Below, piece by piece: positions 9,186 through 17,655 of a stretch of DNA of 64,000 bases. The stretch spans positions 16,165-80,164 of the forward strand of contig JAIRWH010000068.1 in the NCBI GenBank assembly GCA_031253545.1, given 5' to 3'. The position numbers and the translations under genes were made by a program. This DNA is from Oscillospiraceae bacterium (GTDB lineage Bacteria; Bacillota; Clostridia; Oscillospirales; UBA929). The notes beneath the pieces were generated by a model. That model did not search any database and was not told the DNA's origin. It saw only the letters and a list, made by a program, of their open reading frames with translations. Position 1 is the stretch's first letter. The number at the start of each line of letters is the position of its first letter.

Positions 9186-9843
9186 CAATGTGGCGGCCAT
9201 ACGCCGCCTGTTGCCGCCGGGGGTGCTGCTCATTGCCGCCGCCAAGCAGCAGCCGGTCGGAAGGATATTGGAGGCCGTGGCCGCCGGGGTGGACGGCGTG
9301 GGCGAAAACAGGGTGCAGGAGATGCGCGAAAAGGCGGAGGCATACGCGGGCACAACCCTGCACTTCATAGGCAGGCTGCAAAAAAACAAGGTAAAATATG
9401 TGGTGGGGCAGGCGGCGCTGATACACTCCGTGGACGATACGGAGCTGGCGCGCGCCATCGCGCGCCGCGCCGAAACGCTGGGTATTACGCAGGATATACT
9501 GCTTGAGGTCAACATAGCCGGGCAAGCGAGCAAGGCGGGGTTCGCGCCCTCGGACGCGGGCGCGGCGGCGCGGGAAATATCGGGCTTGCCGGGCGTGAGG
9601 GTGCGCGGGCTGATGTGCATACCGCCGCCGCCGTCGGATTACGGAGGCGGCGAAAAATATTTTTTGCAAATGAACAAATTATATGTTGACATAAAACAGG
9701 ATTTGTTAGATAATAGTTGTGGCCACGTTTCCGCCGGGTTCTCCGTGCTCTCCATGGGCATGAGCGGCGATTTCGCGGAAGCGGTGCGCCACGGTGCCAC
9801 GCTCGTGCGCCTGGGCAGCGCCATATTCGGTTCGCGCGCTTGA
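9169..9843 (+). CDS. yggS: YggS family pyridoxal-phosphate homeostasis protein
   Basis: 224 aa. AAAKQQP (PLP Lys), GENRVQE, HFIGRLQKNKVKYV and LSMGMSGDF motifs. Conserved position upstream of sepF. Confidence 0.85.
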   Translation: MSSIADNVAAIRRLLPPGVLLIAAAKQQPVGRILEAVAAGVDGVGENRVQEMREKAEAYAGTTLHFIGRLQKNKVKYVVGQAALIHSVDDTELARAIARRAETLGITQDILLEVNIAGQASKAGFAPSDAGAAAREISGLPGVRVRGLMCIPPPPSDYGGGEKYFLQMNKLYVDIKQDLLDNSCGHVSAGFSVLSMGMSGDFAEAVRHGATLVRLGSAIFGSRA

Positions 9844-9903
9844 CGGGCGGCGCGGGCGGCAGGTTCCCTTGTTGTCATAATTACGACTTTCAGGAGGATG
9901 GAC

Positions 9904-10347
9904 ATGGGCTTCATAACTGAACTGAAGAAATTGGTGCACCCTTACGCGGAAGAAGACGAAGACGTATTCCCTTCTTTCACCACCCCTTCGCGGGAGCAAA
10001 AGCAGAAGAACGGCTCATCCTCATCTTCCGACACCGCCGCCACAGGCAAGGTACTCAATATCCACACCACCACCCAGCTCCAGGTGGTGTTGGTGCAGCC
10101 CGAACACTTCGAGAGCGCGTCGGATATAGCGGACCACCTGCGCGACAGGCGCACCGTGGTGCTCAACCTTGAGAAAGCCAACGCCGCCGCCATGCGCCGC
10201 CTTGTGGACTTCCTCTCCGGGGTGGTGTACGCGCAGGGCGGCAAGATTAAGCCCGTGGCCAAAAACACATATCTCATTACCCCCTACAACGTGGACATCA
10301 TGGGCGGAGACCTGATGGATGAATTGGAAAGCAACGGCTGGTACTAA
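9904..10347 (+). CDS. sepF: cell division protein SepF
   Basis: C-terminal SepF domain (VVLVQPEHFESASDIADHLRDRRTVVLNLE...LITPYNVDI). Start moved to ATG 9904, 6 nt after AGGAGG at 9892-9897. ATG 9898 is too close to the SD. Confidence 0.85.
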   Translation: MGFITELKKLVHPYAEEDEDVFPSFTTPSREQKQKNGSSSSSDTAATGKVLNIHTTTQLQVVLVQPEHFESASDIADHLRDRRTVVLNLEKANAAAMRRLVDFLSGVVYAQGGKIKPVAKNTYLITPYNVDIMGGDLMDELESNGWY

Positions 10348-10350
10348 CCT

Positions 10351-11160
10351 ATGTTTACGCCTCAGGAAGTAGCCGAAAAGAAGTTTCAGCAATCGTTTCT
10401 CGGCGGCTATAACATGACGGCCGTGGACGAGTTCTTGGAAGCGCTTACCGCCGATTACACCGCGCTCTACAAGGAAAACGCCGTGTTGAAGAGCAAAATG
10501 AAGGTGCTTGTGGAGAAAGTGGAGGAGTACCGCTCCAACGAGGACTCCGTGCGCCGGGCGTATCTTGCCGTGCAGAGCCAGGCCGAGCGCGAGCTCATGG
10601 TGGCGTTGGAGGAGCGGGAGAATATCTTGGTGCAGACGCGCACGGAGGCGCAGCTCGCCAGGGCGCGCATAAAAGACGATATGGTCGAGGCCGAAAAGCG
10701 CTTAGATGTCGTGCGCCGGCAGACCGCCGCTTTTGTCAATACGCTCAAAGAGTGTTACGCCAAGCAGGCAAGCCAGCTTGACATACTCCTCACGGTCGCT
10801 TTGGAGGATTCTCCGAAGAAAAAACGCGACGATGCCGTGGCCGCCGCCGCGCAGGAAATCAACTTCTCGCTTTCGCCGGTGTTGACGGCGATACCCGAAC
10901 CCGCGCCTGTCGCGGTGCCCGCGCCTGCCGCGCTATCCGCGCCGGACGACGCGGCTCCGCCGCCCCCGCCCGCGCCGGACGAGCCCACGAAGCTGCTCCC
11001 CGCCGCGCCCGCGCCGGGGGTTCTTACCTATTCGGAAGTGGTGGGCGGCGAGGATATATGGAAACCCGAAGAGATTACGGAAAGCCACGCGCCGCAGTTC
11101 AATTTCACGTCTCTGGGCGATAACTTCGGCCATGCCGAGGGCGAAGGGAAGCAACCGTAG
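10351..11160 (+). CDS. divIVA: DivIVA domain-containing protein
   Basis: N-terminus MFTPQEVAEKKFQQSFLGGYNMTAVDEFL is the DivIVA lipid-binding domain, followed by a coiled coil and a Pro/Ala-rich tail. Confidence 0.8.
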   Translation: MFTPQEVAEKKFQQSFLGGYNMTAVDEFLEALTADYTALYKENAVLKSKMKVLVEKVEEYRSNEDSVRRAYLAVQSQAERELMVALEERENILVQTRTEAQLARARIKDDMVEAEKRLDVVRRQTAAFVNTLKECYAKQASQLDILLTVALEDSPKKKRDDAVAAAAQEINFSLSPVLTAIPEPAPVAVPAPAALSAPDDAAPPPPPAPDEPTKLLPAAPAPGVLTYSEVVGGEDIWKPEEITESHAPQFNFTSLGDNFGHAEGEGKQP

Positions 11161-11728
11161 CGCGAATCGCCTCACGCATCTCACGCGCGCACACGTCGGT
11201 GTCCGCGTGGAGATAGCGTTTTTTTATGCCGCAATCGGCAAGCGCCTGCGGCGAAAAGTCCGCCTCGTCGGCAAGATACCTGCGGCAGACCTCGCCGTAT
11301 GAGGGCGCGTCGGCGCGACTTTCCCGCTCCACGGCTCGCAAGAGGCGCTCTTTGTCGGGCGTTTCCACATACAGCGGGCATACGCGCGCGCCGCCGAATG
11401 TGCGTATATAGCTTCTCAGCGCCGCCGGCGTGGCCACGCAAATGAGCGCGCCGGGTTCGTCGAGCGCCCCGCCGCGCAGCGTGGCGTAGACCCATGCGCC
11501 GTGGACCGTGAGGTATTCGCGCCTTTCCACAAAGCCCCTCTCGCGCCCCAGGTCCTCCATCTGCTCCGCCGTCACGAAGTGATACGCCTTGCCGTCCGCC
11601 TCGCCCGCGCGAATAGGGCGGGTGGTGTGCAGCGTGAGCCTGTGCAGGCGCAGGGCTTCGTCCGCGAGCAGGAGTTCGCAGAGCGTGTCTTTGCCCGTAC
11701 ATGATTTGCCGCAGACGCAAAAGAGCAT
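11105..11728 (-). CDS. guanylate kinase-like protein
   Basis: Trimmed to MLFCVCGKSCTGKDTL (P-loop variant) followed by TTRPIRAGEADGKAYHFV, a guanylate-kinase signature region. The 3' end overlaps the convergent divIVA by about 56 nt. Confidence 0.6.
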   Translation of the reverse strand: MLFCVCGKSCTGKDTLCELLLADEALRLHRLTLHTTRPIRAGEADGKAYHFVTAEQMEDLGRERGFVERREYLTVHGAWVYATLRGGALDEPGALICVATPAALRSYIRTFGGARVCPLYVETPDKERLLRAVERESRADAPSYGEVCRRYLADEADFSPQALADCGIKKRYLHADTDVCAREMREAIRATVASLRPRHGRSYRPET

Positions 11729-11778
11729 ATCCACGCCGTCACCTCCCGACAATGGGATTATAACATAAAAATGCCCCC

Positions 11779-11808
11779 TTGACAAACGCGGGGCGTGTAA
11801 AGTATAAT
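11779..11808 (+). promoter_or_regulatory. sigma-A type promoter for ylxM-ffh operon
   Basis: TTGACA (11779-11784), 18-bp spacer, TATAAT (11803-11808). The repeat element lies inside the resulting leader of about 185 nt. Confidence 0.55.
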
Positions 11809-11845
11809 GGCTTTACTCACCCGCAACACCGCTTGAACCCGGCGT

Positions 11846-11990
11846 TTCCATTCGCCCCCGCCCGCCCGCCCGCCCGCAGCAGAGCGAGGGCTGCCGCCCC
11901 CGCACCCCCGCGACCCCCGCAACCCCCCCGCGACCCCCGCGACCCCCGTCTCCTAACCACTAACCACTAACCACTAACAACTAACCACGA
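11846..11990. repeat. intergenic modular repeat copy: (CCCG)5, GAGGGCTGCCGCCCCCGCACCCCCGCG core, CGCGACCCCCG iterations, ACTAACC heptamer array
   Basis: The 29-nt core gcgagggctgccgcccccgcacccccgcg is identical to the one at 43288-43316. TAA occurs every 7 nt from 11954 to 11984. Confidence 0.8.
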
Positions 11991-11998
11991 GGTGCGCT

Positions 11999-12361
11999 AT
12001 GACCAAAACAAAAGACGTGGCCACAATGGCGCTGCTGCTGGACTTTTACGGCGAGCTCCTCACGGAGCGCCAGCGGGAGTTTTTTGACCTCTACCACAAC
12101 GGCGACCTTTCGCTTGCCGAAATCGCCGCCGACGCGGACATCTCGCGCCAAGGGGTGCGCGACATCCTCGTCCGCGCGGAGGAGCTGCTCTTGGGTTACG
12201 AGCAAAAGCTCGGCTTGGTGGAAAGGTTTTGCCGCCCCTGGGTCAGCGATGTCATAGCGCAATGCGGAGCCATATTGGCCATGCCCGACGATAAGCGGGA
12301 AGTGGCGTATCGCGCGGAGAAAATCATCGAGATAGTGAGGGAGCACGCTCATGGCGTTTGA
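11999..12361 (+). CDS. ylxM: YlxM/UPF0122 putative DNA-binding protein
   Basis: LLDFYGELLTERQREFFDLYHNGDLSLAEIA...ISRQGVRD helix-turn-helix. Canonical position immediately upstream of ffh. Confidence 0.85.
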   Translation: MTKTKDVATMALLLDFYGELLTERQREFFDLYHNGDLSLAEIAADADISRQGVRDILVRAEELLLGYEQKLGLVERFCRPWVSDVIAQCGAILAMPDDKREVAYRAEKIIEIVREHAHGV

Positions 12362-13679
12362 GAGCCTTGGTGAAAAATTGCAGGCGGTTTTCAAGAAACT
12401 GCGCGGCAAGGGCAGGCTTTCCGAAGCCGACGTGAGGGAAACCATGCGCGCCGTGCGCCTGGCGCTCTTGGAGGCGGACGTGTCTTTCAAGGTGGTTAAG
12501 GACTTTACTGATAAAGTAAGCGAGCGCTGTGTGGGCGCCGCCGTCTTGGAATCTCTCAACCCCGCGCAAACGGTGGTCAAGGCCGTCAACGAGGAGCTTA
12601 CCGCCCTGCTCGGCGGCGAGGCCGCAAAGCTCAACATCAGCCCCAAGCCCCCCTCCGCCGTCATGCTCATCGGCCTGCAAGGCGCGGGCAAGACCACCAA
12701 CGGCGCAAAACTCGCGGGGCTGCTGAAAAAGCAAGGCAAACGCCCGCTGCTCGTCGCCTGCGACATCTACCGCCCCGCCGCCATAACGCAGCTGCAAATC
12801 GTGGGTTCGCAGCTCGGCGTGCCCGTATACAGCGAAGAGGGCGCAACCGACCCCGCCGCCATCGCCGCGCGCGCTTTGGAACACGCCAAGCGCCACGGCA
12901 ACGATTATTTGCTGCTCGACACGGCGGGCAGGCTGCATATAGACGAGGCGCTCATGGACGAGCTGCGCCGCGTAAAAGACACGGTACGCCCCTGCGAAAT
13001 AATGCTTGTGGTGGACGCTATGACGGGGCAGGACGCGGTAAACGTGGCCTCCGCCTTCCACGGGGCGCTGGGCTTAACCGGCGTGCTCCTGAGCAAACTC
13101 GACGGCGACGTGCGCGGCGGCGCGGCGCTGAGTGTGCGCGCCGTCACGGGCTGCCCCGTAAAATATTGCGGCATGGGCGAAAGGTTAGACAAAATCGAGG
13201 TCTTTCACCCTGAAAGGATGGCCTCGCGCATACTCGGCATGGGCGATATGCTCACGCTCATTGAGAAGGCCGAACGCGGCATGGATGCGAAAAAGGCCGA
13301 GGAAATGGAGCGGCGGCTGCGGCAGGGCAAGTTTACGCTCGACGATTATGTGGGGCAATTGGCGCAGGTCAAGGGCATGGGCTCCATAGCGGACATAGCG
13401 GGCATGATACCGGGCATGGATAAGCACGCGCTCAAAAACGCGAAGTTCGACGAAAAAGCCCTCTCTCGCGCGGAGGCGATATTGCTTTCCATGACAAAGC
13501 ACGAGCGCGAAAACCCCGAAGTGCTCAATTCCTCGCGCAAACGCCGCGTGGCTGCCGGGAGCGGCACGAGGGTGGAGGACATCAACAAGATGCTGCGGCA
13601 ATATGAAATGATGCGGCAGCTCACCAAGCAATTGGCGTCCGGCAAAATACCCAAAGGCTTAAAGGGGTTCGGGTTCTGA
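12351..13679 (+). CDS. ffh: signal recognition particle protein
   Basis: [21 protein letters not shown] start, [16 protein letters not shown]-domain with Met-rich segment. Confidence 0.95.
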   Translation: MAFESLGEKLQAVFKKLRGKGRLSEADVRETMRAVRLALLEADVSFKVVKDFTDKVSERCVGAAVLESLNPAQTVVKAVNEELTALLGGEAAKLNISPKPPSAVMLIGLQGAGKTTNGAKLAGLLKKQGKRPLLVACDIYRPAAITQLQIVGSQLGVPVYSEEGATDPAAIAARALEHAKRHGNDYLLLDTAGRLHIDEALMDELRRVKDTVRPCEIMLVVDAMTGQDAVNVASAFHGALGLTGVLLSKLDGDVRGGAALSVRAVTGCPVKYCGMGERLDKIEVFHPERMASRILGMGDMLTLIEKAERGMDAKKAEEMERRLRQGKFTLDDYVGQLAQVKGMGSIADIAGMIPGMDKHALKNAKFDEKALSRAEAILLSMTKHERENPEVLNSSRKRRVAAGSGTRVEDINKMLRQYEMMRQLTKQLASGKIPKGLKGFGF

Positions 13680-13732
13680 CGAGGCTCCGCCCCGCTAAGT
13701 ATAAAACAAAAACAGACGGAGGCAAAAAGGCA

Positions 13733-13972
13733 ATGGTCAAAATCAGGCTGCGCCGCATGGGCGCAAAGAAAGCGCCGTTTTACCGCATCGTGGTGGCGGA
13801 TTCGCGTTACCCGCGCGACGGGCGCTTCATCGAGGAAATCGGCACGTATAACCCCCTCAAGGAACCTTCCGAGATTGTGGTAAACGCCGAATCGGCCAAG
13901 GAATGGATGTCTAAGGGCGCGCTCCCCACAGACACGGTCAAGCGCCTGTTCAAGCAAACCGGGGTGCTCTGA
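13733..13972 (+). CDS. rpsP: 30S ribosomal protein S16
   Basis: [25 protein letters not shown], the canonical S16 sequence. Confidence 0.95.
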   Translation: MVKIRLRRMGAKKAPFYRIVVADSRYPRDGRFIEEIGTYNPLKEPSEIVVNAESAKEWMSKGALPTDTVKRLFKQTGVL

Positions 13973-13973
13973 G

Positions 13974-14216
13974 GTGGGAGCCGACTTAAAAGAGCTTCTC
14001 ACCTACATCGCCGTAAACCTCGCCGATTACCCGGACAAAGTGGCGGTGAGCGAAACGCCGCGCGGCGACGGCGTGGCCTACGAGCTGCGCGTGGCCTCGG
14101 AAGACATGGGCAAGATTATCGGCAGGGGCGGGCGTATCGCCAAGAGCATACGCACCATATTGCGCTCGGCCGCGGGCGACGACGCAAAGGTGTTCGTGGA
14201 TATATCCGACGCTTAG
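13974..14216 (+). CDS. khpA: KH domain RNA-binding protein (YlqC/KhpA family)
   Basis: 80 aa with GKIIGRGGRIAKSIRTI GXXG KH motif. Conserved position between rpsP and rimM. Confidence 0.8.
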   Translation: MGADLKELLTYIAVNLADYPDKVAVSETPRGDGVAYELRVASEDMGKIIGRGGRIAKSIRTILRSAAGDDAKVFVDISDA

Positions 14217-14224
14217 GGCAACCC

Positions 14225-14719
14225 GTGCGTTTGCGGCAATGGCTTGAGGCCGGGCGCGTCGCGGCCGCCCACGGTGTGCGCGGCGAGGTGAGGTTGCGCG
14301 TTTTTTGCGACGACGCGGCGTTCTTGCTCCCCGTGCCGCGCTACAAGGCCCACGACGGGCGGGAGCTCACCGTGGAGGGCGCGAGGCCGCACAAAGGCGC
14401 GCTGCTCGTCAAGTTCGCGGGCATAGACAGCCGCGCGGCGGCTTTGGCGCTCAAGGGCGCGACGCTCAGTTTCCGCCGTTCCGACGCGGCGCTGCCGGAA
14501 GGGCGGCATTATATCTGCGACCTTGTGGGCATGGACGTATATAACGCCGACGGCGAGCGCCTCGGCTTTGTGGCCGAGGTATTGAAGCTGCCCGCCCACG
14601 ACGTATACCGCGTGGCGGGCGGTTCCCGCGAACGCCTCATACCCGCCTCCGGCCCGTTTGTGCGGAATGTGGACATAGAGGCCGGCCGCATGGACGTGGC
14701 GCTGATAGAGGGGATGTGA
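14225..14719 (+). CDS. rimM: 16S rRNA processing protein RimM
   Basis: GRVAAAHGVRGEVRL PRC-barrel type N-terminus. 164 aa, GTG start. Conserved operon position. Confidence 0.85.
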   Translation: MRLRQWLEAGRVAAAHGVRGEVRLRVFCDDAAFLLPVPRYKAHDGRELTVEGARPHKGALLVKFAGIDSRAAALALKGATLSFRRSDAALPEGRHYICDLVGMDVYNADGERLGFVAEVLKLPAHDVYRVAGGSRERLIPASGPFVRNVDIEAGRMDVALIEGM

Positions 14720-14721
14720 CG

Positions 14722-14885
14722 GGGCGGTCGGGCGGCAACCGGCAGCCCCGCACCCCCGCCCCCGCTCCCCGTAGGGGCGGTTGTCCTCAACCGCCCGCCG
14801 TAACTCCCGCAACGGACGGGGAACGCGCCTTTCGGGCAAGGCCAAGGGGCTGTGCGCCTTCACACCCCTCCCCGGCATAGGCAAA
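14722..14885. repeat. intergenic modular repeat copy (GC-rich module plus GGGAACGCGCCTTTCGGGCAAGGYCAAGGGGCT module)
   Basis: gggaacgcgcctttcgggcaaggccaaggggct at about 14818-14850 recurs at about 56557-56589 with one mismatch. cggcagccccgcacccccgc resembles the family core. Confidence 0.7.
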
Positions 14886-14927
14886 AAGCCCGTAATCAAG
14901 GTCAGGAAACCCCTTGTACTTAATTAT

Positions 14928-14959
14928 GGACTTTGGGCGACAGCCAAATCCCGTTTTTT
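14928..14959 (+). terminator. rho-independent terminator candidate downstream of rimM
   Basis: Hairpin ggactttgg-gcgacag-ccaaatcc followed by cgTTTTTT. Confidence 0.5.
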
Positions 14960-14963
14960 CCTA

Positions 14964-14992
14964 TTGACAAACCTCCTTGCCTGTGGTATCGT
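14964..14992 (+). promoter_or_regulatory. sigma-A type promoter for rplS
   Basis: TTGACA (14964-14969), 17-bp spacer, TATCGT (14987-14992). Confidence 0.45.
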
Positions 14993-15028
14993 ATCGGTTG
15001 AACGTTTCCGAAGGAAGGGGTATCTCTT

Positions 15029-15370
15029 ATGGACTTGTTAGATACGGTCACCCGCCCTCAGCTGCGCTCCGACTTGCCGGAGCTCCAAATCGGCGACACG
15101 GTGCGGGTGCACATCAAGATTAAAGAGGGCAACCGCGAACGCATACAGGTATTCGAGGGCACCGTCATCGCCATGAAGCACGGCGGTATCGGCGAAACCT
15201 TCACCGTGCGCCGCGTGTCTTACGGCGTGGGGGCCGAAAAGGTCTTCCCGCTCCACAGCCCGCACATCGCCCGCATAGACATCGTGCGCCACGGCGTGGT
15301 CCGCCGCGCCAAGCTCTATTACCTGCGCCGCCGGGTGGGCAAGGCGGCGAGGGTGAAGGAAAGGGTATAG
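15029..15370 (+). CDS. rplS: 50S ribosomal protein L19
   Basis: [42 protein letters not shown], the canonical L19 sequence. Confidence 0.95.
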   Translation: MDLLDTVTRPQLRSDLPELQIGDTVRVHIKIKEGNRERIQVFEGTVIAMKHGGIGETFTVRRVSYGVGAEKVFPLHSPHIARIDIVRHGVVRRAKLYYLRRRVGKAARVKERV

Positions 15371-15371
15371 C

Positions 15372-15965
15372 GTGGAGCCCGGCGAGGAAAGCAAGCCCGC
15401 CCGCGCCCGCGTGGATGTCGCAAGGGAAGTGTTCGAGTGGAGCCAAATGCTCACGGGCGGCATTGTGGTCGTGGTGCTCCTGTTCGTGCTTGTGTTCTCG
15501 CTCTTCACCGTGTCCGGCCCGTCCATGTTAGACACCCTCCACGACGGCGAGATGCTGCTCATATCGCGTCTCTTCTATACGCCCCGCCGCGGCGACATCG
15601 TAATGTTTTCCAAAGCCGGATTAGAGCTGAAAGACGACGAAACCGGCCGCCAAACCCCCCTTGTCAAGCGGATTATCGCCATAGGCGGCGACCACATCAA
15701 AATCATCCACAGCGAGGGCGCCGTGTACCTCAACGGCGAATTGCTGCCCGAAACATACATCCGCGAAAAGATGACCGGCGGCCTGTACCCGGACATAATC
15801 GAGCTTACCGTGTCCGAGGGCAGCGTGTTTTGCATGGGCGACAACCGCAACAATTCCAAAGACAGCCGCAGCCTGCGGGAAGTCGGCGAGATAGACTCGC
15901 GCTTCATCTTGGGTCGTGTGCTCTTTCGTCTCACGCCGTTTTCCAAGCTCGGCTTCGTGACCTGA
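15372..15965 (+). CDS. lepB: signal peptidase I
   Basis: SGPSML catalytic Ser box, KRIIAIGGD Lys box and GDNRNNSKDSR box. Confidence 0.9.
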   Translation: MEPGEESKPARARVDVAREVFEWSQMLTGGIVVVVLLFVLVFSLFTVSGPSMLDTLHDGEMLLISRLFYTPRRGDIVMFSKAGLELKDDETGRQTPLVKRIIAIGGDHIKIIHSEGAVYLNGELLPETYIREKMTGGLYPDIIELTVSEGSVFCMGDNRNNSKDSRSLREVGEIDSRFILGRVLFRLTPFSKLGFVT

Positions 15966-16771
15966 TGGACTCCGCCCGCGTTTCCTGGTACCCCGGCCAC
16001 ATGCGTAAAACCCTGCGCGCCCTCCAAGACGACATAAAGCGCGTGGATGCCGTGTGCGAGGTTCTCGACGCGCGCATACCGTTTTCCTCGCAAAACCCGG
16101 AGCTTGGCCATATAATCGGCTCAAAGCCGAGGTTGATTATACTAAACAGGGCCGACTTGGCCGACCCGAGCGCCACGGCGCTCTGGTTGCGCCGCCTCGC
16201 GCCGTGCGTGGCCGCCGTGGGCACAAGCCCGTCGGGCGTGAGGGATATAGAGCCCGCGCTGCGGCGGCTGCTTGCCGCCCTGCGGGAAAAATACGAAAAA
16301 AAGGGGCAAGGCGGCAGGAGCATGAAGGTCATGGTGGCGGGCATACCAAACGTGGGCAAATCATCGCTCATCAATTCGCTTTGCGGCAGAAGGGCGCAAA
16401 AGACGGAAAACCGCCCCGCCGTCACGCGCAAGCCCCAATGGTGCGGCGTTTCGCGCGGCTTAGACATGCTCGACACCCCCGGCTTGCTTTGGCCGAAGCC
16501 GGAGGGCGGGTTTCACTTAGCCGTGACCGGCGCGGTGAAAGACACCCTGCTCGATACTTCCGACCTTGCCCGCTCGCTGCTGGCCGAACTTGGCGGCATA
16601 TATCCGGAACGCCTGCGCGACCGCTACGGCACGGCGGAGCTGCGCGGGGCCGCCCTCGGCAGGGGTTACCTGTTGCGCGGCGGGGAGGCGGACGAGGAAC
16701 GCATGGCCCTGGCCGTGCTCGACGATTTCAGGAGCGGCAAACTCGGCCGCGTGACGTTGGAAACGCCGTGA
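15965..16771 (+). CDS. rbgA: ribosome biogenesis GTPase A (YlqF/RbgA)
   Basis: Track ORF 15437..16771 trimmed to MDSARVSWYPGHMRK (ATG 15965 overlapping the lepB TGA). Circularly permuted GTPase motifs (ILNRADL ... GIPNVGKSSLIN). Confidence 0.9.
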   Translation: MDSARVSWYPGHMRKTLRALQDDIKRVDAVCEVLDARIPFSSQNPELGHIIGSKPRLIILNRADLADPSATALWLRRLAPCVAAVGTSPSGVRDIEPALRRLLAALREKYEKKGQGGRSMKVMVAGIPNVGKSSLINSLCGRRAQKTENRPAVTRKPQWCGVSRGLDMLDTPGLLWPKPEGGFHLAVTGAVKDTLLDTSDLARSLLAELGGIYPERLRDRYGTAELRGAALGRGYLLRGGEADEERMALAVLDDFRSGKLGRVTLETP

Positions 16772-17307
16772 TTGTCTGCGGGGTAGACGAAGCGGGGCGC
16801 GGGCCGCTCGCCGGGCCGGTGTACGCGGCGGCCGTGGTCTTGCCGCAGCCGTGCGGCATAGAAGGCCTGCGCGACTCCAAAGCGCTCACCGAGCGGCAGC
16901 GCGAGCGCCTTTTCGGGCAAATCACCCGCCTCGCGCTCTCATACGCCGTCGCGAGCGCGAGCGAAGAAGAAATCGAGCGCGTGAATATCCTCCAAGCCTC
17001 CCTCCTTGCCATGCGCCGCGCCGTGGCTTCGCTCGCCGTCACGCCGGACTTGCTGCTCGTAGACGGCTCGCAGGCCGGCGGTTTTCCGTTGCCGGCGCGG
17101 GCCGTGGTAAAGGGCGACCGCCTGCACCCGTGCATATCGGCCGCGTCCGTGCTGGCAAAGGTAACGCGCGACGCGCATATGCGCGAGGCGGCGCGCCTCT
17201 ACCCCGGTTACGGTTTCGAGCGCCACAAGGGCTACGGCACAAAGGCCCACTACGCCGCCCTCGCCGCGCTCGGCCCCTGCCCCATCCACAGGCGGAGCTT
17301 CCTGTGA
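16768..17307 (+). CDS. rnhB: ribonuclease HII
   Basis: Track ORF trimmed to VIVCGVDEAGRGPLAGPV (GTGA overlap with the rbgA stop). DSK and HKGYGT motifs. Confidence 0.9.
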   Translation: MIVCGVDEAGRGPLAGPVYAAAVVLPQPCGIEGLRDSKALTERQRERLFGQITRLALSYAVASASEEEIERVNILQASLLAMRRAVASLAVTPDLLLVDGSQAGGFPLPARAVVKGDRLHPCISAASVLAKVTRDAHMREAARLYPGYGFERHKGYGTKAHYAALAALGPCPIHRRSFL

Positions 17308-17642
17308 ACCGAAAAGGCGAAAAGGGCGAGCGCATCGCGCTGGAATACCTCACGGCCAAGGGTTACGGCTTAGTCGCCAAGAATTACTCAAACCGCTTCG
17401 GGGAGATTGACATTATCATGCGTCAGGGGGAATACCTCGTGTTTGTGGAGGTAAAGCAACGCCGCGATAAGCGCTTCGCGCGGGCGGCGGAGTTTGTCAC
17501 CCCGAAAAAGCAGGCAAAGCTCAGGGCCGCCGCGCTGGGTTACCTCTCCGCAAACGCCACGGAGCTTTACCCGCGCTTTGACATAGTGGAGGTCTACACC
17601 GAACCGCGCTTGCAAATAGAGCACCTGCAAAACGCTTTTTGA
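17304..17642 (+). CDS. yraN: YraN family endonuclease-like protein (UPF0102)
   Basis: Track ORF trimmed to VNRKGEKGERIALEYLTAKGY...GEIDIIM...VFVEVKQR (GTGA overlap with rnhB). Confidence 0.85.
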   Translation: MNRKGEKGERIALEYLTAKGYGLVAKNYSNRFGEIDIIMRQGEYLVFVEVKQRRDKRFARAAEFVTPKKQAKLRAAALGYLSANATELYPRFDIVEVYTEPRLQIEHLQNAF

Positions 17643-17655
17643 GGGGGAGAGCCGC

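Noticed and set aside
8163-9620. 485-aa reverse ORF, and similar long antisense ORFs (19779..21155, 20786..22198, 22339..23511, 22970..23950, 34089..34961, 41994..42863, 49303..50352)
   Set aside because: Each lies opposite a gene with clear conserved motifs (DUF1015/yggS, tig, clpP, clpX, lon, YxeA/apgM, argD, DUF362). They have Arg/Ala/Gly/His-rich, low-complexity translations, as expected from stop-poor antisense frames in high-GC DNA.
15437-15964. Long N-terminal extensions in track ORFs (15437.., 16054.., 16851.., 30211.., 38983.., 39777.., 4283.., 19701.., 32543.., 55140..)
   Set aside because: The extensions overlap the upstream conserved genes in another frame and are Arg/Pro-rich. 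The conserved family N-termini begin at internal ATG or GTG codons that form ATGA/GTGA overlaps or follow good SD sequences, so the genes were trimmed.
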